Shown: one piece after another, positions 61,815 through 64,000 of the stretch | How the letters are laid out: each line of letters starts with the position of its first letter | Numbering within the stretch: position 1 is the first letter of the stretch | Assembly (NCBI RefSeq): GCF_030684315.1 | Contig: NC_081359.1 | Span: 72,774,283-72,838,282 of the forward strand | Source of the DNA: Stegostoma tigrinum | Taxonomy: Eukaryota | Length of the DNA stretch: 64,000 nucleotides | Reading direction: 5' to 3' | Program-made: the position numbers and the translations under genes | The notes under the pieces: generated by a model | Told to the model about the DNA's origin: nothing | Database searches by the model: none | Seen by the model: the letters and a program-made list of their open reading frames with translations, nothing else

Positions 61815-64000
61815 TGATTTATTGACGTGGGCATTACCAACAAGGTTAGTATTTTATTATTCATCTTTAATTGCTCTTGAGAAGGTAGTGATAAATTATA
61901 CAGTCTGTTGGTAAAGGTATATGTACAGTGCTTCTAGGTAGGGAATTTCAGGATTTTGGAACAGCTACGATGAAAGAAAGTTCAAAGTCAGAATGGTGTG
62001 TGACCTGGAGGAGAACTTGAATATGATAGTATTCTCATGTGCCTGCTGCCTTTGTTTTTCTAGGTGCTGGATTTTTGTAGGATTAGGAGTGCTTTGCAAA
62101 AGCCTGAGCAAATTGTTACAGTGTATATTCTGGATGGTACATACTGTAACCAATGTAAACTGGTGTTGGCAAAATTGAATATTTAAACTAGTGCCTATCC
62201 CTAATTGTTGCTATCCTCACTTAGCTATTTATTCCAAATTTTTACTGAATTCAAGGGTCGTCTACCTGCCATGGTGATATTCTGATTTGTCCTAGATAAT
62301 GTTAAGTTTTTAAGTGTTTTTGGAGCTGCACACATCCAAGCAAGTGGAGAGTTTTCTGTCACATTTCTGATGTGTACCTTGTAGGCAGTAGAAAGAATTT
62401 GGGGATTCAGGAAATGAGCCACACATTGCAGAATACACAATCTTCAACCTATCCTTTTAACTACAGTATTTATATTGTTCGTCCAATTACATATAGTTCT
62501 CCAATAATGTGATAGTTGCATTCTTGTGTGACTTCGCGCTGCAGAAAATTGTCCTACAGGAAATTGTCATAGAAAATCACACTATAGGTATATCACTATA
62601 TATAATCACCAAACCTGTACAGCAGAAAGTATGCATTTTCCAAACGGCTTCCACTATTCATCAATCGTGTTATAGTCAATTGCCATTAATGAAACACGTG
62701 TTATAGCAGAACTACCTGTATATTTCTGGTCAATTGTAACCACCCAGGACATTGATATTGAAGAATTCAGCAATGATAATGCCATTGAATACTGTGGGTC
62801 AATGTTTTGATCCTCTTTTGTTGCTGGGCTGAAATGCAAACATATTCCTTTGTGTTATGAATTACTCTAACCAATGGATTTCTTTTATTTTCAATTTTTC
62901 TAGGCCCTCTTAATGACAAGTTCTGTCAAAGACTGCCTTGGTGTCAAGGGCAATCCTTCTCCATTCACCTCTGGAATTCAGCTCCTTTGTCTATGTTTGG
63001 ACCAAGACAGCACGAGGTCTGGAGCCAAGTGGTCCAGTTGGAATTCAAACTGTGCATTTGGTGAGTTACTGCCACTTGATAGTAGTATTGATGACACCAT
63101 CGTCAATTTACTGATGAGTGAGAGTAGTTAGTGGTTATCAAACTGCAATTGTTCTGTAACCAAGGCTTATGTAGGTAAATTTCCAGTTTGTAGATGCAAA
63201 TTTTGTAGCTGTACTGGAAGAATTTGGACAGAAGTACAGCTAGTACTAGAATATGAATCTTAAGTACCATGGCTAGGATACTGTTGAGACAAATAGGCTT
63301 TGTTGAGTACACTCATCTATTTCGTGAGACGGGTTGCAGAGTTTTGACCTGAAAAGTTGAGTAGTGAGATTATTTAGCTTATTGCTTCTTCTGTTTAACA
63401 TACAGATAATCATGCATTGTAGCTAAATTTTTAGAGACGTCTAATACAGAACCTGCCTGCTATTCCACAATCATTATGGAGATGGGATCAGTAATTGTAG
63501 AGTTATACCAGGCCATGTGGTTACAGAATGTAGATGAATGCAATTTTGCCACTGTATTTCATGGGTGCCCAGTTTTGAGTCACTACATCTCTTCTGAATC
63601 TATACTTTTTTGAACAGTGGTAATACCATACTACACAATAGAGGTGTCTTCAGTGTGCTGACAGAACTTTGTCTCCACAAAACTGTGTGGTGCTCACTCA
63701 TGGCAATAGTGAAATGGACAAAAGTAACTGTGGTAAGTAAATTAATGAGGATAAGGTCAAGTAGGTTTATTGCCTATGCCGATTCTATCTCTACCTGCTG
63801 GAAGGCCAGTGTAACAGATATGTCCTTCAGCTCTAGTCAGCACTGGTTCTAGCAAACATGTCTTGAGTTCATTCTATGCCCTGGTTATGCTTAACATTTC
63901 TTCCATGTGGTGTTCATCAGTTGAAGGGTGGTAGTCAGATAATCAGCAGAAATTTATCTGCCATCATCTCTGGTGGGTCTGTCCTGCTGTTGGGAAAGGA
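61815..64000 (-). mobile_element. Fragmented old L2/CR1-type LINE
   Basis: Homologous to 11290-12750; LSTAYKVHIRNVTENSPLAWMCAAPKTLKNL on minus; interrupted and running to the window end. Confidence 0.65.

Overview
Vertebrate genomic DNA, by repeat content almost certainly a cartilaginous fish (shark): HE1-like V-SINEs, Deu-domain SINEs, CR1/HER1 LINEs and Penelope-like elements (PLEs). Two real protein-coding genes lie on the minus strand, each with a single coding exon: gja3 (connexin 46, 3828-4997) and a gjb2/gjb6-type beta connexin (25089-25877). This is the same order as the human GJA3-GJB2-GJB6 cluster. Both genes sit in CpG-retaining domains. The rest is nested transposon debris: CR1, L2/CR1-like and Rex1-like LINEs, PIF/Harbinger remnants, SINEs and PLEs. 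The most striking signal is a dense family of short PLE-derived insertions carrying minimal type-I hammerhead ribozyme cores (CUGANGA...GAAACGUH). Many begin at the ribozyme or fold back on themselves exactly there, including a perfect 91-bp-arm palindrome with a 15-bp target-site duplication. All calls were made by eye, and repeat boundaries are approximate unless target-site duplications (TSDs) are quoted.
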